64,000 nt of DNA from Deltaproteobacteria bacterium (GTDB taxonomy: Bacteria > Myxococcota_A > Polyangia > HGW-17 > SLPX01): the NCBI GenBank assembly GCA_021162935.1, contig JAGGXR010000112.1, positions 997-64,996 of the forward strand. The letters are read 5' to 3'. This document shows positions 18,809 through 29,891 of this stretch, one piece after another; the stretch's first letter is position 1, and the number at the start of each line of letters is the position of its first letter. The notes beneath the pieces are model-generated. The model ran no database searches. It saw nothing but the letters and a program-made list of their open reading frames with translations, and was not told the origin of the DNA. Made by a program: the position numbers and the translations under genes.

Positions 18809-19243
18809 TCATCGCCGAAGAGTCACCCGGTACCCCCAAGTGCACCGCATACCGCCCGGGTGCGTGTAGGTCGAAGTCGAAATCCCTGTGGCGCGCTTAG
18901 CGCTCTTGGCATGAAGCACGAGGGTGTTTTTCACGGCACCACCCTCGTTGTCCACCTTGGCATGATTGGAGGCCTTCCAAACCCGCCCGTGCACGGTCCC
19001 GGCAAACCGACACATGGACGCGGGCCGACACACCGACCCAGAGACAAACACGAGAGTGAATCGATGTCCCCGCCGCTGGATCGTCAGACGCCCGCTGCGG
19101 GGGCCTCCGCCGGGGCAAACCCCCTTGTGCCAGTGACCGGAGGTCTGATAGGTCCAAGTTCCATGCAGGTTGGGCGCCTTGGTCGCCGCGACCAACGGAC
19201 CCTGCACTATCGAAAGGGCGAAGGCAAGCGAGAGGGAAAGCAT
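18809..19243 (-). CDS. Hypothetical small secreted, basic, beta-rich (lipocalin-like) protein
   Basis: Signal peptide; GTW motif near the N-terminus; 4 Cys in the mature part; alternating beta-strand pattern. Confidence 0.6.
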   Translation of the reverse strand: MLSLSLAFALSIVQGPLVAATKAPNLHGTWTYQTSGHWHKGVCPGGGPRSGRLTIQRRGHRFTLVFVSGSVCRPASMCRFAGTVHGRVWKASNHAKVDNEGGAVKNTLVLHAKSAKRATGISTSTYTHPGGMRCTWGYRVTLRR

Positions 19244-19472
19244 CGACACGGGGCACCTCCTTAGACAAGACGCAGGGAGGACAGGCCGCAACCAAATCAC
19301 TTGGTGCCCTCCCGCGGGATGAATCAAAAAGATAGTACGGAAAAATCCGACGGGTCTCCCCCGCTTTGCTCAAGCCGTTCCGCTTCCGATTCGCAACGTC
19401 TCGGACGCGGGACGAGGCTCATCCGAAAAGCCGGAAGTAATCGAAAAAATCCGGAAAGTACTTGAAGGAATC

Positions 19473-20939
19473 TCAGGCGCGACGAGAGGACGAGCGAGAC
19501 TGCAGAATGGAAGTCAGCCCCACATACCAGAACCCGAGGAAAAAGAGGAAAATGAAGGGTACGGACAGCCAATGCCCGCCACGCGCGGCCACCACGAGTG
19601 TGACCAGGAAATAGACGCCAAGAAGCAGTTCCACGATGGACACCCAGGTCAACTTGGAACGATACCGAACCCGCGTCCATTTCTGGAAGCGGTTGACCAC
19701 GCCGGTTTTCGGGGTCCTGACGAACTCGCTCGGCTTCCCGGTCAACGCCTCCAAGACGGCGCGCGTCTGATTCACACAGAGACCGATACCAACAGACAAC
19801 ACCAGTGGAATCCGTCCAATGACACGCCATGCACTCGTGTTGCCTTCCTCCCGCTGCGTGATCCAATAGAACATGGCAACGGAAAATGTCGTGCCCATGA
19901 ACAGCGGCAGGTCGATGATGAGGACCTCTCGCCAACCATGGTCCGTGCGTAGAAGCAGGTTCGGGAGAAGCAACAACGACAACAGGAACAACAACGGATA
20001 GGCAAAATTGTTCGTCAGGTGAAAAAATGCCTCCATTTTCACCTGCCAGGGCACATTGCTGTGAAACACCTCGGGCAGAACCTTCCGCGCCACCTGAATG
20101 GACCCCTTGGCCCACCGAAACTGCTGCGACTTGAAGGAGGTCATCTCCACGGGCACCTCGGCAGGCGAGACGATATTGGGGAGGTAGACGAACTTCCAGC
20201 CTTTGAGCTGGGCGCGATAGCTCAGATCCATGTCCTCGGTCAAGGTATCATGCTGCCAACCGCCTGATGTCTCAATGGCCTGTCGCCGCCAGATGCCGGC
20301 CGTCCCGTTGAAATTGAAAAACCGTCCGGACCGATGCCGGGCACTATGCTCAATGATGAAATGGCCATCGAGCATGACCGACTGCACCTGCGTCAGCAAG
20401 GAATAGTTCCGGTTGAGGTGGCCCCAACGGACCTGGACCATTCCCACCTCGGGGTCGGTGAAGAAATGGATGCTCTTCTTGAGGATATCCGAGTGGGGAA
20501 CGAAATCGGCATCGAACACGAGAACAAACTCACCCGAGGCATGTTTGAGCCCGTTTTCCAACGCCCCGGCCTTGAAGCCGGTTCGATCCTCTCGATGCAG
20601 ATACTTGACGTCGAGCCCCCTTTCTTGAAGCTCCGCAACCTTCTTCTGACAAATTCCCTGGGTTTCGTCCGTCGAATCGTCGAGCACCTGGATTTCCAAC
20701 CGATCCCAAGGATAGTCCAGCTGGGCTGTGGCGTCGAGCAGACGCTCTACCACGTACATTTCATTGAACATGGGGAGTTGGACGGTCACCTTCGGCAATT
20801 CGTCGAACTCAGCAAGCGGCTCCATCTTTTGATTCTTGAACCGATAATACAAATACACCAATGTGCTCCGATGAAATCCGTAAACCGCCAGAGCCAGCAG
20901 CACAACGCCGTACAAGGCTATCAGCACAACATCCCACAT
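19473..20939 (-). CDS. GT2 glycosyltransferase (cellulose synthase-like / CslA-like)
   Basis: QLPMFNE, QVLDDSTDET, GFKAGAL, FDADF, TEDMDLS, QQFRW (QxxRW) and C-terminal TMs. Start re-picked at ATG 20939. Confidence 0.92.
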   Translation of the reverse strand: MWDVVLIALYGVVLLALAVYGFHRSTLVYLYYRFKNQKMEPLAEFDELPKVTVQLPMFNEMYVVERLLDATAQLDYPWDRLEIQVLDDSTDETQGICQKKVAELQERGLDVKYLHREDRTGFKAGALENGLKHASGEFVLVFDADFVPHSDILKKSIHFFTDPEVGMVQVRWGHLNRNYSLLTQVQSVMLDGHFIIEHSARHRSGRFFNFNGTAGIWRRQAIETSGGWQHDTLTEDMDLSYRAQLKGWKFVYLPNIVSPAEVPVEMTSFKSQQFRWAKGSIQVARKVLPEVFHSNVPWQVKMEAFFHLTNNFAYPLLFLLSLLLLPNLLLRTDHGWREVLIIDLPLFMGTTFSVAMFYWITQREEGNTSAWRVIGRIPLVLSVGIGLCVNQTRAVLEALTGKPSEFVRTPKTGVVNRFQKWTRVRYRSKLTWVSIVELLLGVYFLVTLVVAARGGHWLSVPFIFLFFLGFWYVGLTSILQSRSSSRRA

Positions 20940-21210
20940 GGTCGCTCCTCGTCTATAACCTAACGCGATCGTCCCAACACACCACAACGCCGCCACCACC
21001 GGACGAACCCGCACCCACAAGTCTACCACCCGTTACCATCGTCTGCGGCGCGACGCGATCTGGCGTCGTCGCAACACACGGCCTTGTTTATTAAAAGGTT
21101 AGGCCACAATGTCAAGCCTAGCGTTTATACATCCCAAAAATTTGTTCGTCACTTTTCTTTTCTGCCATCTTCGGCATTGTACCCGAATCCACAGCGCCTA
21201 TAATGACTCC

Positions 21211-21708
21211 ATGTTTTTTCGCGCCATGATACTGGCCTTCGCGCTGTCGACATCCATGTCCTGCTCGGGCCGGCTGACCGCACACAGCCCGGCTTTCAAG
21301 CTCACCTTGCCAACCACCGGATCCGGACCACGATCGTTCGCCGAGTTCCATGGCCACGCCGTCGTGGCCCTGTTTCTAACCACCTGGTGCACGCCCTGTC
21401 AGCTCCTGTTGCGGCGGATCCTCCAAGCTCGCGCCGCATATGGGACAAGCCGCGTCACCGTGGTCCTGGTCATCACCGACCCCAACGACACGTTGGTCCC
21501 CCTGTTCGTCCAGGCGCTCAACCTCGACGTTCCTGTCTTCCTGGGCAGCCCCAAACACATGCTACAAGCCGGAAAACGCCCTGTTCTCGTGGTTCCAACA
21601 ACCCTTGTTCTGGATCGTGCAGGCCGCATCGTCCGCCTCTACCGACGTATCGTAACGACCAAAATGATTGCTCAAGACCTTGGACGCGCCCTCGCCGCGC
21701 CACGCTGA
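21211..21708 (+). CDS. TlpA/ResA-like thioredoxin-fold lipoprotein
   Basis: Lipoprotein-like signal (SMSC); WCTPC CxxC motif; VVPTTLVLDRAGRIV. Confidence 0.8.
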   Translation: MFFRAMILAFALSTSMSCSGRLTAHSPAFKLTLPTTGSGPRSFAEFHGHAVVALFLTTWCTPCQLLLRRILQARAAYGTSRVTVVLVITDPNDTLVPLFVQALNLDVPVFLGSPKHMLQAGKRPVLVVPTTLVLDRAGRIVRLYRRIVTTKMIAQDLGRALAAPR

Positions 21709-24104
21709 CCCGCCTTTTTCAGCTTTGCCAAGGCCTTGGACGCCCGGCGTCGCAACAGTCGAGACACGCCGCGAGACGCTGCAACCTTATGATACTCGCC
21801 AACGGCCTGGTCCACATGTCCCGAGGCCGCCAGAGCATTCGCCCAGGCCAAACGAGCCGAGGCCGTGCCCACGAGCACCACTGCTTCACCCGCCAGCACC
21901 GACGCTGTCTTGGGATTCTTGTCCAACAGGCGCCGCGAACGACGGAGCAGAATCCGAACGAGCGACCACTTCACGGATCGATTCCCGGGGTTGATGGCCA
22001 GCATGTTCCGATACGCCACCTCCACCACAGCCAGATCTCCCCTCTTGAGGGCTCGCGCTGCCTTGCGCAACAATCGGTCATGTGCGTAGCGTCGCAGTTT
22101 TCGCAAGGATCGGGCCCCTCGCTTCTGCATGTCCAGAATCTCCAAATAGCCAATCAGGTTGTCCCCGTCTGGTTTGCTCCAACGACGATGACGAGCCGCC
22201 TTCCACGCTTTGGATAACACGTGTCGAAACTGGGACCGACTCAGCATGACCTTGATTCGGGAGGCATCCACTGCAGGTGCCTTTACGGCCCGCGCATCAT
22301 GATGCACCACCGCCGCATCTTGGTTCTTGGCCTGAGCCACCGACGTGGAACCATCCTCGACGAGGGGCGCTTGGTCTGCATGCCCTTCTTGACGATGGAA
22401 CACCCACAGAAGAAGCGCCGTCACCGAGATCGCCGCCACCACCAAAACGCCGATGAGCCACCCCCATCGAAAAGTGGATGGAAGATCGGTCACGACTGTG
22501 TGAGTGCCAATCTCACTCCAGGCCATCTCATCGGGAGCACCCGTGGGTAAGTCCGCCGGCGAAACCTCCATCGACAAGGAGTCTTTCGACTCGGCCAATC
22601 CCTTCTCTGACTCGACCGGGCCCTGTGAAACAGTCATCGGCGCCAGCGGCGGATCCGGTGTCGTCTCCGACGTGGCAGGATCCAGAAAGTCGTCTGGCTC
22701 ATCTGTCCCAACGTTTCCGCCAGCCACAGACCCGCCACCCGGGGCATCCGCGCCAGCACTTTCTTTGCCGGATGCTCGTCCCACGGTGGATGCTACGCCG
22801 CCGTCCAAAACGATCTCGGGAAGAGAGACGGTCGAGGCCTCCCGCAACCACCCTGTCGCCGCAGATGAGGTCTGCGACGACGAGGCCTGCTCAATCGCGG
22901 CCTCGGGAAGGGAGACGGTTGGGGCATCCTGCCACGATCCAATCGCCTCAGCCGGACTCTTCGGCGGTACGAGTTGGTCGACCGCTTCCTCGGAAAGGGT
23001 GGCGGTCGGCACATTTTGCCACGATTCTTCCTCAGCAGAAGGTTTCTCCTGCGACGTGGCGGGGCCGGTCATATTCATGGCCGGCCATCCATCCGAAGAA
23101 ACGCCGCCAGGTGCCTCGCCTGCAGCCCCCTGAATTCCAAGCAAAGCTGCCACGGCAGCCGGACGTCCGGAAAGAAACTTGCGCAACGCGTACTCGAACT
23201 GCTCCATGGTCTGGGGACGACTCTCCGGCTTCATGGCGAGCGCGGACATGACGACCCGCTGGAGGCCTTTGGGAACGTCGTCCCGGTAATGGGAAATCGG
23301 CTCCGGCTGCTCGGTGGCCTTCCGGTTGAGGATCTCCATCACGTTCTTGCCCGAGTGGGGCGGCTGACCCGTCAACATAGCGTATAAGATCCCGCCCGTA
23401 GCGTAGATGTCCACCCGCGGGTCCACGGGCATGCCCGCGGCCTGTTCAGGTGCCATGTATTCAGGCGTCCCCATGGCGAATCCCGGCTGCGTGAGACCGC
23501 CCCGAGACATCTCCAGGTGCGTGCTCTTTGCAATGCCGAAGTCCAGAACCTTGACAAAATCCGCCCGGCCATCCCTGTCAGTAAGAAAAACATTCTCCGG
23601 CTTGAGGTCGCGATGCACCACCCCGACTTTGTGTGCCGCCGACAGAGCCTGACAAATTTGCACGGCAATCTGAATGGCCCGATAGGGATCGAGGCGACCT
23701 TGTTGAATGATGACGTCGGCGAGTTCCATCCCGTCGAGGTGTTCCATGACGAAAAAGGCGCGGCCATCGTCGGTCGTCCCCGTATCGGTCACATCCACAA
23801 TGTTGGGGTGTCCAATCGAAGAAGCGGACCGCGCCTCGCGACGAAATCGTTCGACCACCTCCTCTTCTTTGGAATAGATGGGGTGGAGCACCTTGACGGC
23901 GACCTTTCGGCCCAGCCCAATGTGTTCGGCCTCGTAGACCTTGCCCATGCCCCCTTCCCCGAGCAACCTCACGATGCGGTAGCGCTTGTCGAGGACGGCT
24001 CCAACGAGCACATCCTCGGAAAGTTGCGCCGGGGCAAGGCGCCCCTGTTGCTCCTGCCCCGCGGGGTTCCGGGTCGGAGGCTCTTGGTCCGAAGGATTGG
24101 TCAT
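21672..24104 (-). CDS. Membrane Ser/Thr protein kinase with acidic linker, TM helix and C-terminal TPR-like region
   Basis: [33 protein letters not shown]; [22 protein letters not shown]. Confidence 0.93.
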   Translation of the reverse strand: MTNPSDQEPPTRNPAGQEQQGRLAPAQLSEDVLVGAVLDKRYRIVRLLGEGGMGKVYEAEHIGLGRKVAVKVLHPIYSKEEEVVERFRREARSASSIGHPNIVDVTDTGTTDDGRAFFVMEHLDGMELADVIIQQGRLDPYRAIQIAVQICQALSAAHKVGVVHRDLKPENVFLTDRDGRADFVKVLDFGIAKSTHLEMSRGGLTQPGFAMGTPEYMAPEQAAGMPVDPRVDIYATGGILYAMLTGQPPHSGKNVMEILNRKATEQPEPISHYRDDVPKGLQRVVMSALAMKPESRPQTMEQFEYALRKFLSGRPAAVAALLGIQGAAGEAPGGVSSDGWPAMNMTGPATSQEKPSAEEESWQNVPTATLSEEAVDQLVPPKSPAEAIGSWQDAPTVSLPEAAIEQASSSQTSSAATGWLREASTVSLPEIVLDGGVASTVGRASGKESAGADAPGGGSVAGGNVGTDEPDDFLDPATSETTPDPPLAPMTVSQGPVESEKGLAESKDSLSMEVSPADLPTGAPDEMAWSEIGTHTVVTDLPSTFRWGWLIGVLVVAAISVTALLLWVFHRQEGHADQAPLVEDGSTSVAQAKNQDAAVVHHDARAVKAPAVDASRIKVMLSRSQFRHVLSKAWKAARHRRWSKPDGDNLIGYLEILDMQKRGARSLRKLRRYAHDRLLRKAARALKRGDLAVVEVAYRNMLAINPGNRSVKWSLVRILLRRSRRLLDKNPKTASVLAGEAVVLVGTASARLAWANALAASGHVDQAVGEYHKVAASRGVSRLLRRRASKALAKLKKAGQRGAARARPRS

Positions 24105-24335
24105 AGACGCCCTTGTGTGGCATGATAGCCGTACATAACAGGGGGGATATTACCATGATCGAGCCAAGAGACAAGTCACTTGCCTGCACTGTTGGGCCTC
24201 TGGGAGACCGGTTCGGAGCCCCGACGGACCACCGGACCCCAAGGGGATCGTGGCTGCTCCAATCAAGAAAACGAGAGGAATGAACACCTCCCAGGCCACA
24301 ATGTCCACAGAACAAAAAACATCGAGAGGATTCCG

Positions 24336-24818
24336 ATGAATTGGATACCCCCAAACAAGAACTTCCTGGTCACCGTTGCACAGTTCTTCGTCAAAGATGA
24401 CTGGAACATCGAGCAGATCGCGGACTCCTCCGCCTTCGCCATGTGGTTCGGGGGAAAAAACGGCACATGGGCCTGCCTGGCCCGCGTCTCCGATGGTCGC
24501 AATCTGTTCGCCTTCTATTCCATTTTCACAACGAACGTCCCCGAGGAACGGCGGACCGCGGTGGCCGACCTCCTCACCCGCATCAACTACGGTCTCCCTC
24601 TGGGAAACTTCGAACTGGACTTTGCAGACGGTGAAATCCGCTTCAAAACGAGCATCGATATCCAGGGCGGTACCTTGACCTTCGACATGTGGAAAACCGT
24701 CGTCTATGTCAACGTTTTCACCATGGACATGTACTTTCCGGCCCTAACCAAAGTCGTAGAAGGAACGACAACCCCCGAACAGGCCCTGGCAGACATCGAA
24801 AAATCCCAGGAAAAATAA
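24336..24818 (+). CDS. YbjN-domain protein (CesT-like chaperone fold)
   Basis: VPEERRTAVADLLTRINYGLPLGNFELDFADGEIRFK matches the YbjN family pattern. Confidence 0.85.
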   Translation: MNWIPPNKNFLVTVAQFFVKDDWNIEQIADSSAFAMWFGGKNGTWACLARVSDGRNLFAFYSIFTTNVPEERRTAVADLLTRINYGLPLGNFELDFADGEIRFKTSIDIQGGTLTFDMWKTVVYVNVFTMDMYFPALTKVVEGTTTPEQALADIEKSQEK

Positions 24819-25015
24819 GCAGCACCCGATACCATCCCGACTGCGATCGCTATTTCACGGGAGGACGGCGCAACCAAATGGCCGGCCCAACCCGACGGCC
24901 ATCCGGAAAAACTGGCGGTCGCAGAGGCCGTCTAAGAGATGCCAACGAGCGAAACGCCTGTCTCGGCAAAACCGAATCTCCTGACCAAACCGTCACACAC
25001 ACCATGCCCATCAGC

Positions 25016-25555
25016 CTACTCGACGGTTGGAAGCTCCCGATCGTCCAAAAGGACGAAACGCTGGTTGTTCCGATCGCGCTCCGATAAAATCGGCTCGCCG
25101 TCGATGTCCCACGGGACCCCCAGATCGGGATCGTTCCAAGCCACCCCCCATTCGTCCGACCCATCATAGGTACGCTCCACCAAATAAAGGAGTCGGGCGT
25201 CCTCGATCGCATAATATCCATGGGCCACTCCTGCCGGGATGAGCAACCCCTTGGGATGGGCCGCATCCAAATCCAACGCCACGGCCGTCTTCCAACTCGG
25301 AGACCCACGGCGTAAATCCGCCAGGCCCACGCGCAACCGCCCTCCCATGGGAATCCAGTAGTCATACTGGGCATGGTGGTAGTGGAGCCCCCGGAGCACA
25401 CCGGCACGCGACTCGGACAGATTCGCTTGCGCGGGTCGTTGCGCAAGGTGCAATCGATCGGCGCGAAACAACTCGGCAAACAATCCTCTTTCATCTTCGT
25501 GGGGATCCAGATCCACCAGCACCACACCCACGATGGCTTGTTCGATTTCCGTCAT
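25016..25555 (-). CDS. rmlC: dTDP-4-dehydrorhamnose 3,5-epimerase
   Basis: DERGLFAELF, NLSES...VLRGLHYH, GVAHGY, WNDPDLGVPW...LSERD. Confidence 0.93.
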   Translation of the reverse strand: MTEIEQAIVGVVLVDLDPHEDERGLFAELFRADRLHLAQRPAQANLSESRAGVLRGLHYHHAQYDYWIPMGGRLRVGLADLRRGSPSWKTAVALDLDAAHPKGLLIPAGVAHGYYAIEDARLLYLVERTYDGSDEWGVAWNDPDLGVPWDIDGEPILSERDRNNQRFVLLDDRELPTVE

Positions 25556-25795
25556 GGCAAAACACCTCCTCGTCGAACCAACGAATCTCGTGCACCAGCC
25601 GCGACGCCAAGAGGGACCAGTTCTCTTCGCCCACCTGTCCCGGTGGGCGCCCAGGAACAGGCAGTGGCCCACGCAGAACACTTGGTACCATTTTGGCGAT
25701 ATTTTCCAAAACAAAATGCCCATCTTTTCATTTCCTGATATGTTTCTGCACCGTATCGATTCCGTCGATACGGAATCGAAGCATGGGGTCGAAAC

Positions 25796-26833
25796 ATGGA
25801 AACAGGACTGCTCTACGACGACGCCTTCTTGGACCACCGAGCACAGGATACCCACCCCGAGCAACCGGCCCGACTGACCGTCATGTGGCGAGCACTGCAG
25901 GAGGCCGGCCTGACCAACACCTGCCGGCGCATTCCGGCCAGGATGGCAACGCGGGAAGAAATCCTCCTCGTGCACGAGGCCACCTATCTCCAACACATTG
26001 AGCGGATCGTGCCCGGACAGACCGGCTACCTGGACCCGGACACCTTCTTTTCCCCAGGCACATGGAATGCAGCGCTGCTCGCGGCCGGAGGAACCATCGA
26101 CATGGCGCTTGGCGCGATACACGACGGACCGAGCACGGGATTCGCCCTCGTCCGCCCACCAGGACACCACGCCACGGCCGACGATGCCATGGGATTCTGC
26201 CTTCTGAACAACGTGGCCCTGGCTGCAGCCGCAGCCCTCAAGGATGGAACGGAACGCGTCGCCATCATCGATTGGGACATCCATCATGGCAACGGCACCC
26301 AAGACATTTTCTATCAATCGGACCGCGTGCTCTACACATCTTTCCACCTCTATCCCCATTACCCGGGTACGGGCCGACATCAGGACCTGGGCCGCGCCAA
26401 AGGACAGGGGTACACGATCAACTTTCCAATGCCCCAGGGCGCCGGCCTGCCCGAGTTCGCCACCGCATTCCACCAGGTGTTGAGCCCGGTGCTGAGGCAG
26501 TTCCACCCCGACCTGATTTTGATATCCACTGGATTCGACTCCCACCGCCAAGACCCCCTCGGCGGGCTCAGACTCGAAACCGATCATTACCGAGCCCTGA
26601 CCGAGCAGGTGCTTCTTCTCGCCCGAAACCTCTGTTCCGGTCGCGTAGTGACCGTGCTGGAAGGCGGCTACAACTTGGACATCCTGGGTGATTGTGCCGT
26701 GGCCACCGTATCGGGCATGATGGAGCCGGATCCAAAGCCATTGGCCCAGCCCACGGGCAACCTGGTCCGAGGCGTCGCCGCCATGATCGATGAACTGGCT
26801 GGCCTGTTACGGCGTCAGGGCTGGTCTCTCTAG
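25796..26833 (+). CDS. Zn-dependent histone deacetylase-family amidohydrolase
   Basis: HPEQPARL, RPPGHHA, GFCLLNN, DWDIHHGNGTQ, STGFD, LEGGY. Confidence 0.95.
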   Translation: METGLLYDDAFLDHRAQDTHPEQPARLTVMWRALQEAGLTNTCRRIPARMATREEILLVHEATYLQHIERIVPGQTGYLDPDTFFSPGTWNAALLAAGGTIDMALGAIHDGPSTGFALVRPPGHHATADDAMGFCLLNNVALAAAAALKDGTERVAIIDWDIHHGNGTQDIFYQSDRVLYTSFHLYPHYPGTGRHQDLGRAKGQGYTINFPMPQGAGLPEFATAFHQVLSPVLRQFHPDLILISTGFDSHRQDPLGGLRLETDHYRALTEQVLLLARNLCSGRVVTVLEGGYNLDILGDCAVATVSGMMEPDPKPLAQPTGNLVRGVAAMIDELAGLLRRQGWSL

Positions 26834-26923
26834 ACTTTCCTGCGCAATCAATCGGCTGATCAGAATTATTCTACCATCTGGAACCACGATCCACCCCATG
26901 ACGATGCCATCGCCGCAGGACGA

Positions 26924-28429
26924 TCAGGAATCCGATGCTTCGGGGCGCCAACGCAACACGGGTTTCCTGGCGGCACGGACCTCGTCCATACGGTTCACGC
27001 CTCGACTGTGAGGTGCGTGTTTGAGCAACTCCGGGTCTTCGTGCGCCTCAACGAAAATTGCCTCCATGGCCTGACAGAAACGTTCCACTTCCTCCAAGGG
27101 CTCGGTCTCGGTGGGCTCGATCATCAAGGCACCATGCACGATGAGGGGAAAATAGATCGTGGGCGGATGGAACCCGTAGTCAATGAGGCGTTTGGCCACG
27201 TCCAGCGTCGTCACAGAGGTCTCTTTTTCGATGCGATGATCAGACAAGACCACCTCGTGGAGGCAAGCACCTCCATACTGGGCAGGATACTCCTTTTCGA
27301 TCCTGGCCCGTACGTAGTTCGCGTTCAAAACGGCCAACTCCGTAGCCCGGGCGATACCGTCGGCCCCCATCTCCCGCAAATACGTGTAGGCGCGCACCAG
27401 GACACCAAAATTCCCCATGAACGACCGAACCCGCCCAACGCTGTCTGGCCGGTCGTAGTCGAGCACAAAGCGACCGTTGCGACGCTCCACCACAGGCACA
27501 GGCAGGAAGCGAGCCAACTCCTCGGTCACCCCGACGGGGCCAGCGCCAGGACCGCCACCACCATGCGGCGTAGAAAATGTCTTGTGAAGGTTGTAATGCA
27601 TCACGTCCACGCCCGTGTCGGCAGGCCGGACTTTCCCCATGATGGCATTCAGGTTCGCCCCGTCCATGTACAACATGGCTCCGGCACTGTGCAGGATTTT
27701 GGCGATCTCGGCGATGTGGGATTCGAATAACCCCAGCGTATTCGGGTTCGTCACCATGAGGGCTGCCACTTGATCGGCACCCTCCCGTTCCAAAGCCTGC
27801 TCCACATCCTGCGGCCGCAGGATTCCTGCTTCCCCCGAAGCCAGGAGCACGGGCGCGAACCCATTGAAGGCCACCGACGCGGGATTTGTGCCATGAGCCG
27901 AATCCGGGACGAGCACCTTCCTGCGCCGTTCACCTCGGGCGGACAAGGCCGCCCGAATGACCTTGAGGCCGGTAAACTCTCCATGTGCCCCAGCGGCCGG
28001 TTGGAGCGTCACCCGCGCAAAACCGCCCACCGCAGCAAGGGCGTGTTCCAGCCGCCACATGAGTTCCAGGGCCCCTTGGATCTGGTCGTCGTTTTGATAG
28101 GGATGGATGTCCGTCAGGCCTTGCAACCGAGCCGTCCACTCGTTGACCCTGGGATTGTACTTCATGGTACAGGAGCCCAGCGGATAGAACCCCTCATCAA
28201 TGCTGTAGTTCCATTGGCTGAGGCGCGTGTAATGCCGGATGACCTCCAACTCGCTCACCTCGGGAAGCAACGGGTCCTCGCAACGCAGGACATCGACCCC
28301 AAATTCCTGTCCTGGATCGATTTCAGGGACATCCATCTCGGGCAAAGAAGCACCCGAACGTCCCGCGGCGCCCAGTTCAAAAATGGGAGGCTCGACGTGG
28401 AGCACGGTATGTGCCTGCAATGGTCTCAT
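26924..28429 (-). CDS. gcvPB: Glycine dehydrogenase (decarboxylating) subunit 2
   Basis: FYPLGSCTMKYNP, QPAAGAHGE, AHGTNPAS, HYNLHKTFSTPHGGGGPG, MIEPTETE. Confidence 0.97.
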   Translation of the reverse strand: MRPLQAHTVLHVEPPIFELGAAGRSGASLPEMDVPEIDPGQEFGVDVLRCEDPLLPEVSELEVIRHYTRLSQWNYSIDEGFYPLGSCTMKYNPRVNEWTARLQGLTDIHPYQNDDQIQGALELMWRLEHALAAVGGFARVTLQPAAGAHGEFTGLKVIRAALSARGERRRKVLVPDSAHGTNPASVAFNGFAPVLLASGEAGILRPQDVEQALEREGADQVAALMVTNPNTLGLFESHIAEIAKILHSAGAMLYMDGANLNAIMGKVRPADTGVDVMHYNLHKTFSTPHGGGGPGAGPVGVTEELARFLPVPVVERRNGRFVLDYDRPDSVGRVRSFMGNFGVLVRAYTYLREMGADGIARATELAVLNANYVRARIEKEYPAQYGGACLHEVVLSDHRIEKETSVTTLDVAKRLIDYGFHPPTIYFPLIVHGALMIEPTETEPLEEVERFCQAMEAIFVEAHEDPELLKHAPHSRGVNRMDEVRAARKPVLRWRPEASDS

Positions 28430-28447
28430 TGTCCGACCTCCTGCGGT

Positions 28448-29827
28448 CTACTGCGCCGATGTCTGTGGAAACCGATCGAAAGCTTCTACCAAGGCGTCGA
28501 GTTGACGCCGACGGTGGCGCTCCGTCACATTCACAAGCAAAAGGTCCTTCCATTCCTGGCTGAAACGACCCAAAGGAACCCCCGCCAGAACGCCGTACTC
28601 TTCGAAAATCCGCCTGGCCACCAAGGCGGCATCCCCTGCTGGCACCTTCACGGCGAACTCATTATAGATCAGCGCCTGCGGATGGGCGAGTAGGCCGCGT
28701 TCGGCCAGTTTCTCGCGCAGGTACTTTGCCTTGGAATAGTTGAGGCGGGCCAAGTGCTTGAATCCCTGCCTGCCCAACAAGCTGAGATGCACCGCCAGGG
28801 ACACTGCCATGAGCGACTGGTTCGAGCAGATATTCGAAGTGGCTTTCTCCCGACGAATGTGCTGCTCCCGCGCGGCCAAGGTCAGCACATAGCCGACCCG
28901 ATTTTCTCCGTCCAGGGTTCGGCCCACCAACCGACCAGGCAGGACCCGCTTGTTTCGCTCGGTGGTCGCGATGAGTCCCACGCCTGGGCCGCCGAGGCTC
29001 ACCGGCCCCGCCATGCCGAGGCCATCGCCCACCACGATCTCGAAACCCAACCGACCAGGAGGCTCCAGCAGGCCGAGGCTCGTCAACTCCGAAACAGCAC
29101 AGCAAGAAACCGCGCCTACATCCTTGGCGCGTCGGCCGAGCTCGGCCAACGGTTCCACCACGCCAAAAAAGTTGGGCGATTGCACGAAGAGACAGACGGC
29201 CTCGGGACCCAGCGCCCCGTCCACACTGCAAAGATCGGTCGTGCCGTCCGGTCCAAGGCCCACCTCGACGAGGTCCAGGTCATCCATGCCGGACAGATAG
29301 GTACGAATCGTTTCCAGATACTCGGGATGCAGTCCCGTACTCACCACGACCTTGCGTCGCTGTTTCTGCCTAGCCACGATCCGCTGGGCCATCAGGACCG
29401 CCTCGGCACAGGCGCTCGCCCCGTCGTACAAAGAAGCGTTCGCCACGTCCAGACCCATGAGTTCCGCCACCATGGTCTGGAACTCGAACAACGTCTGGAG
29501 CGTGCCCTGGCTCACCTCGGGCTGATACGGTGTGTACGCCGTAAAAAACTCACCGCGACTGATCACGGAATCCACGGCTGTCGGAACGACGTGGGCGTAG
29601 GCGCCCGCCCCGAGAAACGACACGGAACAGGACAGTGCCCGGTTTTTTCCCGCCAGCCCACTGAGGTGATCCACCAAAGCGGCCTCATCGAGCGCAGGCT
29701 CCATGTCCAGCCGGCCGTCGAACCGGATGGACCGAGGAATCGAAGAAAACAAATCGTCTATCGACCGCGCCCCAATGACGTCGAGCATCGTCGACACATC
29801 CTGTGGCGTGTGCGGCAAGTATCTCAT
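28448..29827 (-). CDS. gcvPA: Glycine dehydrogenase (decarboxylating) subunit 1
   Basis: MRYLPHT, YTPYQPEVSQGTLQ, NASLYDG, REQHIRREKATSNICSNQ. Confidence 0.97.
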   Translation of the reverse strand: MRYLPHTPQDVSTMLDVIGARSIDDLFSSIPRSIRFDGRLDMEPALDEAALVDHLSGLAGKNRALSCSVSFLGAGAYAHVVPTAVDSVISRGEFFTAYTPYQPEVSQGTLQTLFEFQTMVAELMGLDVANASLYDGASACAEAVLMAQRIVARQKQRRKVVVSTGLHPEYLETIRTYLSGMDDLDLVEVGLGPDGTTDLCSVDGALGPEAVCLFVQSPNFFGVVEPLAELGRRAKDVGAVSCCAVSELTSLGLLEPPGRLGFEIVVGDGLGMAGPVSLGGPGVGLIATTERNKRVLPGRLVGRTLDGENRVGYVLTLAAREQHIRREKATSNICSNQSLMAVSLAVHLSLLGRQGFKHLARLNYSKAKYLREKLAERGLLAHPQALIYNEFAVKVPAGDAALVARRIFEEYGVLAGVPLGRFSQEWKDLLLVNVTERHRRRQLDALVEAFDRFPQTSAQ

Positions 29828-29891
29828 GCCTGCACCTCCCAGCGCTCGTGCGCTGTCCTAAGAAACGACCAGATCGAGATGACTTGGAACG

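Noticed and set aside
25016-26587. 523-aa ORF that would make RmlC a fusion protein
   Set aside because: The N-terminal extension is the antisense shadow of the HDAC gene; RmlC similarity starts at ATG 25555.
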